DNA of 32,000 nt from Polynucleobacter sp. MWH-UH19D (GTDB lineage: Bacteria > Pseudomonadota > Gammaproteobacteria > Burkholderiales > Burkholderiaceae). The stretch lies in contig NZ_CP099571.1 in the NCBI RefSeq assembly GCF_040409795.1, forward strand, positions 1,713,439 to 1,745,438, in the 5' to 3' direction. The notes under the pieces were generated by a model. It was not told the origin of the DNA. It did no database searches and saw only the letters and a list, made by a program, of their open reading frames with translations. The position numbers were made by a program, and so were the translations under genes. Shown one piece after another: positions 23,017 through 32,000 of the stretch (positions are counted from its first letter, which is position 1; the number at the start of each line of letters is the position of its first letter).

Positions 23017-23628
23017 ATGCGATTGCTTTCAATATCCTCTGGCAAGGTAGCGCCTTTGTTTGGCGATCACCATCCAGACTACAAATCCGTTCCATCAGCT
23101 ATTCGCAAAACTAGTATCAGTAATTTAGAAAGTTGCGTACAAATTCACATCAACAAACTTGGTGTTCAAGATGATGAACAAGCGGACCTTAATGTACATG
23201 GTGGAGTTGAAAAAGCTATTTACGTTTACCCAGCAGAACATTACGTTTTTTGGAATCAACTACTTACTCGGGAAACCAAAAAACCCACCTCTCTTAAACA
23301 TGGATCACTTGGTGAAAATTTCACCATTGAGGGTTTACTAGAAACCGAGGTATTTGTTGGCGATAAATTAGAGATTGGTGATCTGGAATTTGCTGTTACC
23401 AAATTACGAGAGCCATGCTTTAAATTCAACGCAGCACTTGGCTATAAGGGTGCTGCAAAAGCTATGGTTCAATCTGGCTATAGTGGCTGGTATTTGCGAG
23501 TACTGAAAACTGGGCTGGTGTCAGCAGGAGCAACCATTAAGCTAATCCCAGGCCCAAGAAATACTTCCATCGCTCAGCAAAATCAAAATCTGCTCATGAA
23601 GCGCAATCAGAAAGATCTTTGGGATTGA
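23017..23628 (+). CDS. MOSC domain protein (YiiM-like)
   Basis: GDKLEIGDLEFAVTKLREPCFKF matches the MOSC signature with its conserved Cys. Confidence 0.85.
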   Translation: MRLLSISSGKVAPLFGDHHPDYKSVPSAIRKTSISNLESCVQIHINKLGVQDDEQADLNVHGGVEKAIYVYPAEHYVFWNQLLTRETKKPTSLKHGSLGENFTIEGLLETEVFVGDKLEIGDLEFAVTKLREPCFKFNAALGYKGAAKAMVQSGYSGWYLRVLKTGLVSAGATIKLIPGPRNTSIAQQNQNLLMKRNQKDLWD

Positions 23629-23631
23629 TAT

Positions 23632-23663
23632 AAAAAAACCCGATCATTTCTGATCGGGTTTTT
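23632..23663. terminator. Bidirectional rho-independent terminator
   Basis: AAAAAAA-CCCGATC-ATTTCT-GATCGGG-TTTTT between convergent genes. Confidence 0.85.
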
Positions 23664-23686
23664 AATTTCCTCCAGACTAAAGAATC

Positions 23687-25357
23687 TTAGTCACGCGCGT
23701 AGATATCTACGTCTTTAGTTTCACGTACAAACAGTGTACCGATTACCAATGTCATCGCAGCGATGATGATTGGGTACCAGAGACCATAGTAAATGTTACC
23801 GTTCTGCGCAACCAAGGCAAAGGAGATCGTTGGCAACAAGCCACCGAACCAGCCGTTACCAATATGGTATGGCAATGACATAGAGGTGTAGCGAATGCGG
23901 GTTGGGAACATCTCAACCAACATTGCGGCGATTGGACCATAAACCATGGTTACCAAGATCACCAAGTACACCAACAAGAGCAATACAGCAACATAGTTAA
24001 CCTGTGCTGGATCAGCTTTAGCTGGATAACCTTCTTTATTCAAAGCTTCGCGAATAGCTTTCTTGAATTCAGCATCTTTTGCTTTTGCCTCAGCAGGATC
24101 AATGCCCTTAGCTGAGTAGCCCTGAACTTCAATATCGCCAATCTTCACAACCGCTGTGGAACCAGCAGGGCCAGCAACAGTGCTATAGCTAGCAGAGTTA
24201 GAAGCCATCACTTGTTTTGCAATATCGCAAGAACTAGTGAACTTAGCTGTACCAGTTGGGTTGAACTGGAAGGTACATTCGTTTACATCAGCAGTAATAG
24301 TTGCTGGTGCAGTAGCCATTGCCTTTTCCAATGCTGGGTTAGCAAAGTGTGTCAAAGCATTAAACACGGAAACAGGAGTGTTAGGGATGTAAGTAATTAC
24401 AGCCAATAACAAACCGCCCATGATGATGACTTTACGACCAATCTTGTCAGACAAGCTACCGAACACGACGAAGAATGGTGTACCAATTACCAATGAAGCA
24501 GCAATTAATAAGTTTGCAGTCTTAGCATCTACCTTCAATACTTGGGTGAGATAGAACAAAGCGTAGAACTGGCCCGTATACCAAACCACCGCTTGACCTG
24601 CAACCAGACCAAACAATGCCAAGATAACGATCTTCAAGTTTTTCCACTGACCGAATGACTCGCCCAAAGGAGCTTTAGATAACTTACCTTCTTCTTTCAT
24701 CTTCTTGAAAGCTGGCGACTCATTCATGGACAAACGAATCCAAACAGAGACTGCCAACAATGCGATAGAAACGATGAAAGGAACACGCCAACCCCACACA
24801 TCAAAGTCTGGGCCAGTGAATTCACGTGTGAACAAAATCACGAGCAAAGACAAGAACAAGCCTAAAGTAGCTGTAGTCTGAATCCATGCTGTGTATGCAC
24901 CGCGACGACCATGAGGAGCATGCTCCGCAACATAAGTAGCTGCACCGCCGTACTCACCACCCAAAGCCAAACCTTGAAGCATACGCAATGCAATCAAGAT
25001 GACTGGAGCAGCAACACCGATGGTTGCATAGTTAGGCAGAATACCCACGATGAAAGTCGCGCCACCCATTAACAGGATGGTCACCAAGAAGGTGTACTTA
25101 CGACCAATCAAATCACCTAAGCGACCGAACACCAATGCGCCGAATGGACGCACGATGAAACCAGCAGCAAACGCTAACAAAGCGAAAATGAAGGCAGAGC
25201 CAGCATCTAAGCCTGAGAAGAATTGCTTAGCGATAACCGCCGCAAGTGAACCGTATAAATAAAAGTCATACCACTCAAAAACCGTACCTAGTGAAGAAGC
25301 AAAAATAACTTTGCGCTCTTCGGCGGTCATTGGGGCTGCTTTGTGTGCTGTTGACAT
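23687..25357 (-). CDS. MFS metabolite:H+ symporter (MHS family) with a large hydrophilic insert
   Basis: N-terminus AEERKVIFASSLGTVFEWYDFYLYG and GRLGDLIGRK are typical of the MHS family. 556 aa. Confidence 0.85.
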   Translation of the reverse strand: MSTAHKAAPMTAEERKVIFASSLGTVFEWYDFYLYGSLAAVIAKQFFSGLDAGSAFIFALLAFAAGFIVRPFGALVFGRLGDLIGRKYTFLVTILLMGGATFIVGILPNYATIGVAAPVILIALRMLQGLALGGEYGGAATYVAEHAPHGRRGAYTAWIQTTATLGLFLSLLVILFTREFTGPDFDVWGWRVPFIVSIALLAVSVWIRLSMNESPAFKKMKEEGKLSKAPLGESFGQWKNLKIVILALFGLVAGQAVVWYTGQFYALFYLTQVLKVDAKTANLLIAASLVIGTPFFVVFGSLSDKIGRKVIIMGGLLLAVITYIPNTPVSVFNALTHFANPALEKAMATAPATITADVNECTFQFNPTGTAKFTSSCDIAKQVMASNSASYSTVAGPAGSTAVVKIGDIEVQGYSAKGIDPAEAKAKDAEFKKAIREALNKEGYPAKADPAQVNYVAVLLLLVYLVILVTMVYGPIAAMLVEMFPTRIRYTSMSLPYHIGNGWFGGLLPTISFALVAQNGNIYYGLWYPIIIAAMTLVIGTLFVRETKDVDIYARD

Positions 25358-25690
25358 CCGTAGCTCCTAACTATTTTTATTGAATAAATAAACAACGAAC
25401 CGATTATGCTGTGAAAAAAATCAAAGAAATCCACTAGTTAGGGTAATTCCCCATCAAATCGGATCGGGGTTTTCCCGAAAAATGTGGATTTGATGCAACG
25501 CACTTAATCCATGATGTCTTCATGGATTTGCACTATTTGATTGCAATCTGCCCAAGTCAAGTGCATGTTGAGCAAACCAAGTGCAAATCATCTCACTCGT
25601 CATATTGCACTCCGTTTTTAATGTTTTCTGAAGATAGTAAATAGCGTTGCTAGATATACCCCAATAAATATTACACAAGGAGCAAATCAA

Positions 25691-26776
25691 ATGAAAAGAC
25701 GTGACTTTTTAGGCAAGACCACACTAGGCGCTGCTGCAGGTGTTTTAGCAGCACCAGCAATCGCTCAATCCATGCCAGAGGTGAAATGGCGATGCGCATC
25801 CAGTTTTCCCAAGAGCTTAGACACTATTTATGGTGGTGGCGAATTTATTTCTAAACGTGTAGCAGCTCTTACTGACGGTAAATTTCAAATTCGTATTTTT
25901 GGTGCTGGCGAGATTGTCCCTGCCTTTGGCACCGTGGACGCGGTCCAGCAGGGTACTGTGGAATGTACTCACACAGCTGGCTACTACTTTGTCGGCAAGA
26001 ACAAGACTTTTGCCTTTGACACTACCGTGCCGTTTGGCATGAACCAGCGCCAACAAAATGCGTGGATGTATTGGGGTGGTGGCTTAAAACTGCAACGCGA
26101 GTTCTTACGCGACTACAACATCATCTCCTTTCCAGCAGGCAATACAGGAACTCAGATGGGTGGATGGTTCAAAAAGCCAGTGAAAACTGTTGCAGACCTC
26201 AAAGGCCTCAAGATGCGTATCGCTGGTCTTGGCGGTGAAGTCATGTCTCGTCTAGGTGCAATTCCACAACAGATCGCAGGTGGCGACATTTATCCTGCAC
26301 TCGAAAAGGGTGTGATCGACGCAGCAGAGTGGGTCGGTCCATATGACGATGAAAAATTGGGCTTCTACAAAATAGCCCCGTACTACTACTATCCAGGATG
26401 GTGGGAGGCATGTTCGATGTACTCCATGTATGTAAACATCAAAGAATGGGAAAAGCTTCCTAAGCAATATCAAGAAGCCCTTGCCTCAGCCTGTGCGGAA
26501 TGCAACATCGACATGATGGCCGAGTATGACTACAAGAATCCAATTGCCCTGCAGAGCTTGATCAAAAATGGTGTGAAACTGCAATCATATTCAACTGAAA
26601 TTATGAAAGCAGCATCAACCGCAGCCTTTGAGATGTATGAAGAAGAGGCTGGCAAAAATCCTTCCTTTAAGAAGATTTATGAGCCATGGAAAAAATTCCG
26701 CAATGATCAAATGCTCTGGAATAAAGTCGCTGAGCAGACTCTCATGAGCTTCATGCTAACCAACCCAGTCAAGTAA
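25691..26776 (+). CDS. dctP: TRAP transporter substrate-binding subunit (DctP type, Tat signal)
   Basis: MKRRDFLGKT...AAPAIAQ twin-arginine leader; followed by the Q and M subunit genes. Confidence 0.85.
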   Translation: MKRRDFLGKTTLGAAAGVLAAPAIAQSMPEVKWRCASSFPKSLDTIYGGGEFISKRVAALTDGKFQIRIFGAGEIVPAFGTVDAVQQGTVECTHTAGYYFVGKNKTFAFDTTVPFGMNQRQQNAWMYWGGGLKLQREFLRDYNIISFPAGNTGTQMGGWFKKPVKTVADLKGLKMRIAGLGGEVMSRLGAIPQQIAGGDIYPALEKGVIDAAEWVGPYDDEKLGFYKIAPYYYYPGWWEACSMYSMYVNIKEWEKLPKQYQEALASACAECNIDMMAEYDYKNPIALQSLIKNGVKLQSYSTEIMKAASTAAFEMYEEEAGKNPSFKKIYEPWKKFRNDQMLWNKVAEQTLMSFMLTNPVK

Positions 26777-26795
26777 ACCAAAGCGAGATACTGAA

Positions 26796-27338
26796 ATGCC
26801 AAAACAATTTTTAGTTTTTGCAAATTTCGTTGATCGCTTAAATGACCGTTTTGGTGTTTTAGCAAGTTGGATGGTTCTTATTGCCGTACTGATCAGCACT
26901 GCAAATGCGCTGATCCGGTACGGCTTTAATATCAGCTCAAACGGTTGGTTAGAGGCTCAATGGTATTTGTTTGCGGGAATGGTTATGTTTGGTGCCGCAA
27001 CCACCTTTCGTCTTAATGAGCATGTGCGGGTAGACGTGCTTTATGCCCTTTATCCCAATAAAGTGCGTCTCTGGTTAGATTTTTGGGGTGGAATCGTTTT
27101 CTTCCTGCCCATGACCATCATTATTGGCTGGTATTCCTGGGAGTTTTTCATAACTTCGATCATTCAAAGTGAAACCTCAAGTAACCCCGGCGGACTTATT
27201 CGCTGGCCAGTGCGTGGCGTAATTACTTTAGGCTTCTTTTTGCTAACCCTTCAAGGCATCTCTGAAGTCATTAAGCGCTATGCAGCGATTATCGGCATGA
27301 TTCAGATCGATCCTAAGTACGAAAGACCCTTGCAATGA
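26796..27338 (+). CDS. dctQ: TRAP transporter small permease
   Basis: 180-aa four-TM protein between the P and M genes; 4-nt overlap with the M gene. Confidence 0.85.
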   Translation: MPKQFLVFANFVDRLNDRFGVLASWMVLIAVLISTANALIRYGFNISSNGWLEAQWYLFAGMVMFGAATTFRLNEHVRVDVLYALYPNKVRLWLDFWGGIVFFLPMTIIIGWYSWEFFITSIIQSETSSNPGGLIRWPVRGVITLGFFLLTLQGISEVIKRYAAIIGMIQIDPKYERPLQ

Positions 27339-28780
27339 TTAGTCATGACTTGATGGCCCCCATTATGTTTGGGGGCTTAATTGTATTTTTGCTGCTTGGA
27401 TATCCAGCAGCCTTCTCTCTCGGCGCAGTTGGTCTGTTCTTCTCCTTAATTGGTATTGAAATAGGAATGTTTCAGCCCACATTCTTGCAAGCACTACCAG
27501 ACCGCGTTTTCGGAATTCTTTCGAATGACCTTTTGTTATCCATACCCTTCTTCACCTTCATGGGGGCCATTCTTGAAAAGTGTGGATTAGCAGAAGACAT
27601 GCTCGAAGGTCTAGGCCAGCTCTTTGGACCAATACGTGGTGGTTTAGCCTACGCGGTCATTATTGTTGGCGCAATTCTTGGGGCAATTACTGGAACTGTG
27701 GCTGCATCAGTCATTGCAATGGGCTTAATTTCCTTGCCTATCATGCTGCGCTATGGATATAACCCACGCGTAGCAACGGGTGTGATTGCAGCGTCTGGAA
27801 CAATTACTCAACTCATTCCTCCCTCATTGGTATTGATTGTGTTGGCAGACCAGTTGGGTAAATCCGTTGGCGATATGTATGCTGGCGCTATTGGACCATC
27901 CATCATTCAAGTCGTTCTGTTTTGCCTATTCATTTTCTTCTTATCAATTTTCAGACCCCAGGATGTTCCAGCGCTTCCGCCAGAAGCACGTCCAAAAATT
28001 GATTGGAAATTATTCAGGCGAATCTTATGGGGCATCGTTCCATCGATTGCTCTGATCTTCTTGGTACTGGGAACCATCTTGATGGGTCTTGCCACCCCCA
28101 CCGAAGGCGGCGCAATGGGATCTGTCGGAGCCTTAGTACTGGCAGCAATGAATAAGCGTTTAGAAAAGTCTTTGGTCTGGGAAGCAATGACCTCAACCAT
28201 GCGCATCAATGCGATGGTGATTTTCATTCTGATCGGCTCCACTGTATTTGGCCTCGCATTCCGCGGCGTTGATGGCGACCTTTGGATTGAGCATCTCTTA
28301 TCAGGTCTACCTGGTGGCCAAGTAGGCTTTTTAATCGTGGTGAACCTGTTTGTTTTCTTCTTAGCCTTCTTCTTAGACTATTTCGAAATCGCCTTCATCA
28401 TCATCCCGCTCTTAGCGCCGGTTGCAGATAAGCTTGGGATTGATCTCATTTGGTTTGGTGTGTTGCTAGGAGCTAATATGCAAACATCATTCATGCATCC
28501 ACCATTTGGTTTTGCCTTGTTCTATTTGCGTGGAGTGGCACCAAAATCTCTCAAAAGCTCTGATATCTACTATGGTGCACTGCCATGGGTGGCTTTACAA
28601 CTCATGCTAGTGGCTATCATCATTTTCATACCAGAAACTGTTACCTACTTTATTGATAAGCCTACAGTAGCGATCGATGCAAATGGTCCGTCAATTGATC
28701 CACTTGCTGGTGTTGAGCAAAATGAAATCACTGTAGACTCTAGTGCAGAAATCGAGCGTCAGCTTCGAGAAAATAAATAA
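27335..28780 (+). CDS. dctM: TRAP transporter large permease
   Basis: 481-aa polytopic protein in operon position after dctQ. Confidence 0.88.
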   Translation: MISHDLMAPIMFGGLIVFLLLGYPAAFSLGAVGLFFSLIGIEIGMFQPTFLQALPDRVFGILSNDLLLSIPFFTFMGAILEKCGLAEDMLEGLGQLFGPIRGGLAYAVIIVGAILGAITGTVAASVIAMGLISLPIMLRYGYNPRVATGVIAASGTITQLIPPSLVLIVLADQLGKSVGDMYAGAIGPSIIQVVLFCLFIFFLSIFRPQDVPALPPEARPKIDWKLFRRILWGIVPSIALIFLVLGTILMGLATPTEGGAMGSVGALVLAAMNKRLEKSLVWEAMTSTMRINAMVIFILIGSTVFGLAFRGVDGDLWIEHLLSGLPGGQVGFLIVVNLFVFFLAFFLDYFEIAFIIIPLLAPVADKLGIDLIWFGVLLGANMQTSFMHPPFGFALFYLRGVAPKSLKSSDIYYGALPWVALQLMLVAIIIFIPETVTYFIDKPTVAIDANGPSIDPLAGVEQNEITVDSSAEIERQLRENK

Positions 28781-28802
28781 AACTAAAAAGTAGAGGTTTT
28801 GC

Positions 28803-30401
28803 ATGCAACCAAAATGGGGAATCAGGGGGATGGCGGTAGCGCCCCACTCTCTCGCGTCTGAATCTGCTTTGGCAGTTCTCCGCGAGGGGGGTAACGCACT
28901 AGAAGCAATGATTGCTGCGGCAGCAACTATTGCCGTGGTCTACCCGCATATGAATTCCATTGGCGGTGATTCCTTTTGGGTCATTCACTCTCCTGGAAAA
29001 GCCATGGGCGGAATTGATGCTTGCGGTGCCGCAGCTGGCTTAGCAACTAAAGAGTGGTACAGAGAGCGTGGCATTACCAAGACAATTCCTTTTAGAGGTC
29101 CAATAGCTGCCAATACTGTTGCTGGAACAATTTCAGGCTGGGGTGCTGCTCACAAACTTTCCAAGCAGGGCTTGGGCGGAAGAATGCCTCTATCTAGATT
29201 ACTGGCAGATGCTATTCACTACGCTGAAAGTGGGGTGCCAGTTACCCATAGCCAATCGAGCTTAACGGCAAAAAAGAGTGAAGAGCTAAAGCCCATTCCA
29301 GGCTTTGCAAAAACATTTTTGGTAAATGGCAAGGCCCCTGAAGTTGGCAGCATTTTTAAACAAGCTCGTCTTGCAAAAACACTTCGCCAAATTGCTACTA
29401 AGGGTACGGAAGATTTTTATCGTGGCGACCTTGCTGAACTTATCGGAAAAGAACTTGCAGAGATTGGAAGCCCGCTACGTCTGGCAGATCTTCAGCGCCA
29501 TCATGCCAAGCTCATTGACCCCCTAGAACTCAAGCACAGCATCGGCAATGTTTACAACATGATTCCGCCTACCCAAGGCGTGGTTTCGCTCATGATCATT
29601 GGCATCTTGGACCAGTTAAATCTCAAGCGCTTCAAAGTTGATAGCACTGAATACGTCCATCACTGCGTTGAAGCAACCAAACAAGCGTTCAAGATTCGCG
29701 ATCAATTTGTTACAGACCCTGCTTACATGACCAAGAATGCGCAATCATTCTTATCTCCAGAGTTTCTAAAAAAACTTGCCAAGAACATCGACCCAAATAA
29801 AGCCCTACCATGGGGTCAAGGCAAGGGACCTGCCGATACGATTTGGATGGGCGTAATTGATGGTGATGGTAATTGCGTATCCTTTATTCAAAGCATCTAT
29901 CACGAGTTTGGCGCAGGTATTGTTCTACCCCAATCCGGAATCAATTGGCAAAACCGCGGCTGTAGTTTCTCTCTCGACCCTAAAACACTTAATCACCTTG
30001 AGCCCTATCGAAAACCATTTCACACCCTTAATCCAGCCATGGCTTTATTTAAAGACGGTCGTTCAATGGTCTATGGGACTATGGGTGGAGATGGTCAACC
30101 CCAAACGCAATGTGCAGTATTTACACGCACCGCTACTTACGGCCTAGATCCTCAAGATGCTATTAGTCGTCCTCGCTGGTTATTGGGTCGCACTTGGGGT
30201 CAAACAAGTGATAGCCTTAAATTAGAGTCTCGCTTCAGCCCGTGGGTCGCAAAAGAACTTCATGAAATGGGTCACGAAATTGAAATGCTTGATGCCTTCG
30301 ATGAAACCGTAGGTCATGCAGGTTGCATCATTCGCGAACCATCCGGTACCCTGCGCGGTGGCTGGGACCCTCGAAGCGATGGAGCAGTTAGCGCGTTTTA
30401 G
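28803..30401 (+). CDS. ggt: Gamma-glutamyltransferase family protein
   Basis: N-terminal APHSLASEAG-type block, a conserved Thr nucleophile region (PADTIWMGVID) and C-terminal GGWDPRSDG. Confidence 0.85.
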   Translation: MQPKWGIRGMAVAPHSLASESALAVLREGGNALEAMIAAAATIAVVYPHMNSIGGDSFWVIHSPGKAMGGIDACGAAAGLATKEWYRERGITKTIPFRGPIAANTVAGTISGWGAAHKLSKQGLGGRMPLSRLLADAIHYAESGVPVTHSQSSLTAKKSEELKPIPGFAKTFLVNGKAPEVGSIFKQARLAKTLRQIATKGTEDFYRGDLAELIGKELAEIGSPLRLADLQRHHAKLIDPLELKHSIGNVYNMIPPTQGVVSLMIIGILDQLNLKRFKVDSTEYVHHCVEATKQAFKIRDQFVTDPAYMTKNAQSFLSPEFLKKLAKNIDPNKALPWGQGKGPADTIWMGVIDGDGNCVSFIQSIYHEFGAGIVLPQSGINWQNRGCSFSLDPKTLNHLEPYRKPFHTLNPAMALFKDGRSMVYGTMGGDGQPQTQCAVFTRTATYGLDPQDAISRPRWLLGRTWGQTSDSLKLESRFSPWVAKELHEMGHEIEMLDAFDETVGHAGCIIREPSGTLRGGWDPRSDGAVSAF

Positions 30402-31017
30402 TAATAAATAGTTTAGGTACGCGCAGATCCCAATAAATAGCGGCTGCGCGTAATCCAAATATTCCCAACATGCAAAGAACAGAGCCCTCGATGGCATATT
30501 GCGGAAAAAAATTCAGAATCAAGACGTAAGCACAGCAACCAAAAGTTACCGGAATAGCATAGAGCTCATGCGACATGATGAGCGTTTTTCTTCCGGCCAA
30601 AACATCCCGTATCAATCCGCCACCAATAGCAGTAATGACACCTAAAATTACTGGGGCAACCGGTAAACCATAGTTAATACTCCAAGCTTTGTCAGCGCCC
30701 TGTATTGCAAACAATGCGGCACCAAAACCATCTATGTAAAGCATCAAACGATAAATTTGTGGTTGTGTAAAAAAAGATTCGGCAACAAAAGTGAGAACAC
30801 TCGCACCTAAAGCTAGCCACACATACACTTGATTTTCAGACCAAAAGACAGGAGCCTCCAAAATAATGTCACGAATGGTTCCGCCACCAATAGCGGTAAT
30901 GAGCCCAAGAACCAACACCCCAAATAGATCAACTCCTCGATCCGCAATTGCTAATACGCCCGTAACTGCAAACGCCATGGTTGCAATAACGCCGACCCAA
31001 AATTGAATATGTTCCAT
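30388..31017 (-). CDS. TRIC / UPF0126 (YadS-like) cation channel family protein
   Basis: Duplicated GGG(T/L)IRD motifs in a seven-TM 209-aa protein. Confidence 0.8.
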   Translation of the reverse strand: MEHIQFWVGVIATMAFAVTGVLAIADRGVDLFGVLVLGLITAIGGGTIRDIILEAPVFWSENQVYVWLALGASVLTFVAESFFTQPQIYRLMLYIDGFGAALFAIQGADKAWSINYGLPVAPVILGVITAIGGGLIRDVLAGRKTLIMSHELYAIPVTFGCCAYVLILNFFPQYAIEGSVLCMLGIFGLRAAAIYWDLRVPKLFITKTR

Positions 31018-31103
31018 AGGAATGAGTCTAAAACACTTTAAATAAAGTTCATCTCAATTTGCCACCATGCATATACTGAGAGTAAATAATTCGCTATAAA
31101 TAG

Positions 31104-31805
31104 ATGATGACCACGAAATCTCAATCCAAGCCTAAGCTCTACAGTTTTTGGCGAAGCTCAGCAGCCTTCCGTGTGAGAATTGCATTGAATCTCAAGGGGA
31201 TTCCTTACGAGATTATTCCTATTCATCTCACCAAAAATGGTGGCGCTCAATTTAATCCAGATTATTCAGAAAAAAATCCTACTCACTTGGTACCGCTGTT
31301 TGAAGATAATGAAATTAGTATTCATCAATCACTAGCCATCATTGAGTATTTGGAGGAAACGCATCCTGCTCCACCTCTTTTGCCTGCATCCCCCCAGGAC
31401 CGCGCTTGGGTTCGCTCATTAGCAATGGATATTGCATGTGATATTCACCCTATTAATAATGTACGAGTTTTGAAATATCTTCTAAAAGATTTGGGCTGCG
31501 ATAAAGAAGCAAAAGAGATTTGGTATCAGCACTGGATTCGGTTAGGCCTTGAGAGTCTAGAGAAACAATTGCGCTCAGACTCTCGCCTTGGTCGCTTTGC
31601 TTATGGAGATCAACCTGGACTTGTGGAGGTTTGCCTGGTCCCGCAATTGTTCAATGCACTCAGTAGCGAGATGGATCTCAGTCCTTATCCAACCTTACTC
31701 AAGATTTTGCATGAGTGCTTAATGCTTCCCGCCTTTATTGAAGCTTCTTGGGAAAAGCAAATTGATGCTGAGGGTCTAAACCCCAGAATTCCACCACAAA
31801 AATAA
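31104..31805 (+). CDS. maiA: Maleylacetoacetate isomerase (zeta-class GST)
   Basis: LYSFWRSSAAFRVRIALNLKGIPYE matches the zeta-GST signature SSxxxRVRIAL. Confidence 0.85.
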   Translation: MMTTKSQSKPKLYSFWRSSAAFRVRIALNLKGIPYEIIPIHLTKNGGAQFNPDYSEKNPTHLVPLFEDNEISIHQSLAIIEYLEETHPAPPLLPASPQDRAWVRSLAMDIACDIHPINNVRVLKYLLKDLGCDKEAKEIWYQHWIRLGLESLEKQLRSDSRLGRFAYGDQPGLVEVCLVPQLFNALSSEMDLSPYPTLLKILHECLMLPAFIEASWEKQIDAEGLNPRIPPQK

Positions 31806-32000
31806 TGACAATGTCAGCAAAGAACCAATAGTCGTAATGAGCACTACGCGAGAAATCACACTGCCATCAGCCTTGTAATATTGCGCCAGCATAAATGGGC
31901 CAGTTCCTGTTGGTAGTGCACTCAAAATTACAACCGCATTTAACCAAAGAGTTGGCAGACTCAAAATAGGGCCCGCAATCAACCAGGCAATCAGCGGCTG
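31776..32000 (-). CDS. AEC (auxin efflux carrier) family transporter, C-terminal part; gene continues beyond the window
   Basis: ALPTGTGPFMLAQYY-type C-terminal segment; the frame stays open to the window edge. Confidence 0.55.
   Translation of the reverse strand, partial: QPLIAWLIAGPILSLPTLWLNAVVILSALPTGTGPFMLAQYYKADGSVISRVVLITTIGSLLTLSLFLWWNSGV

Noticed and set aside
22347-23095. ORFs 22347..22553 (+), 22772..23095 (-) and 22800..23045 (-)
   Set aside because: The first runs through palindrome P10 and the tRNA-flanking non-coding DNA. The other two are antisense to the repeat-protein gene and the MOSC gene start. None has a supporting SD or motif.
25358-25690. Sigma-54 promoter or riboswitch upstream of dctP (several TTGCA(C/A) repeats)
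   Set aside because: The best candidate, TTGCAC-N7-TTGCA, lacks the invariant GG and has the wrong spacing. No recognisable riboswitch core is present, so this is probably just regulator half-sites that I cannot assign.
27580-28242. Internal and antisense ORFs within dctM (27580..27762, 27837..28055, 27907..28242, 28014..28196)
   Set aside because: They are embedded in a continuous 481-aa polytopic permease frame, and their Arg/Trp-rich translations are typical of off-frame reading.
30388-30401. 14-nt overlap of the convergent ggt and TRIC-family genes as a regulatory feature
   Set aside because: Short convergent 3' overlaps are common and nothing else (hairpin, repeat) is visible there.

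Overview
Low-GC proteobacterial chromosome segment. The gene content looks like a freshwater betaproteobacterium, but that is only a guess. It splits into two parts. (1) Positions ~1-22.6 kb are a mosaic accessory island that is visibly more AT-rich in spot counts. It holds a tightly overlapping small-protein / C5 DNA methyltransferase / GHKL-ATPase / two-unknown operon, which is a candidate methylation-linked defence system. It also holds two tyrosine recombinases (one a 188-aa catalytic-domain-only type), a ~1 kb ORF-free hairpin-dense region, a clamp-loader-like AAA+ operon, metal modules and a two-gene patatin + nucleotidyltransferase CBASS-like operon. The metal modules include a yybP-ykoY Mn riboswitch upstream of a UPF0016/GDT1 exporter and a divergent CDF gene. 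The island ends at the 5' half of a tRNA(CAU) gene broken in the anticodon loop. (2) Positions ~22.6-32 kb look like ordinary core DNA: MOSC protein, MHS-type MFS, TRAP dctPQM plus gamma-glutamyltransferase, TRIC/UPF0126 channel, maleylacetoacetate isomerase and a partial AEC transporter. The most unusual signal is at DNA level. A perfect 17-bp palindrome TGTCGTTT(T/A)AAACGACA occurs nine times intergenically, plus one degenerate copy inside a CDS. All copies lie in the island and none in the core part. They sit at the edges of functional gene modules, and three are extended into a conserved ~100-bp composite element. I interpret this as a possible recombination-site-delimited module/cassette array, but a REP-like hairpin family cannot be excluded from one window.
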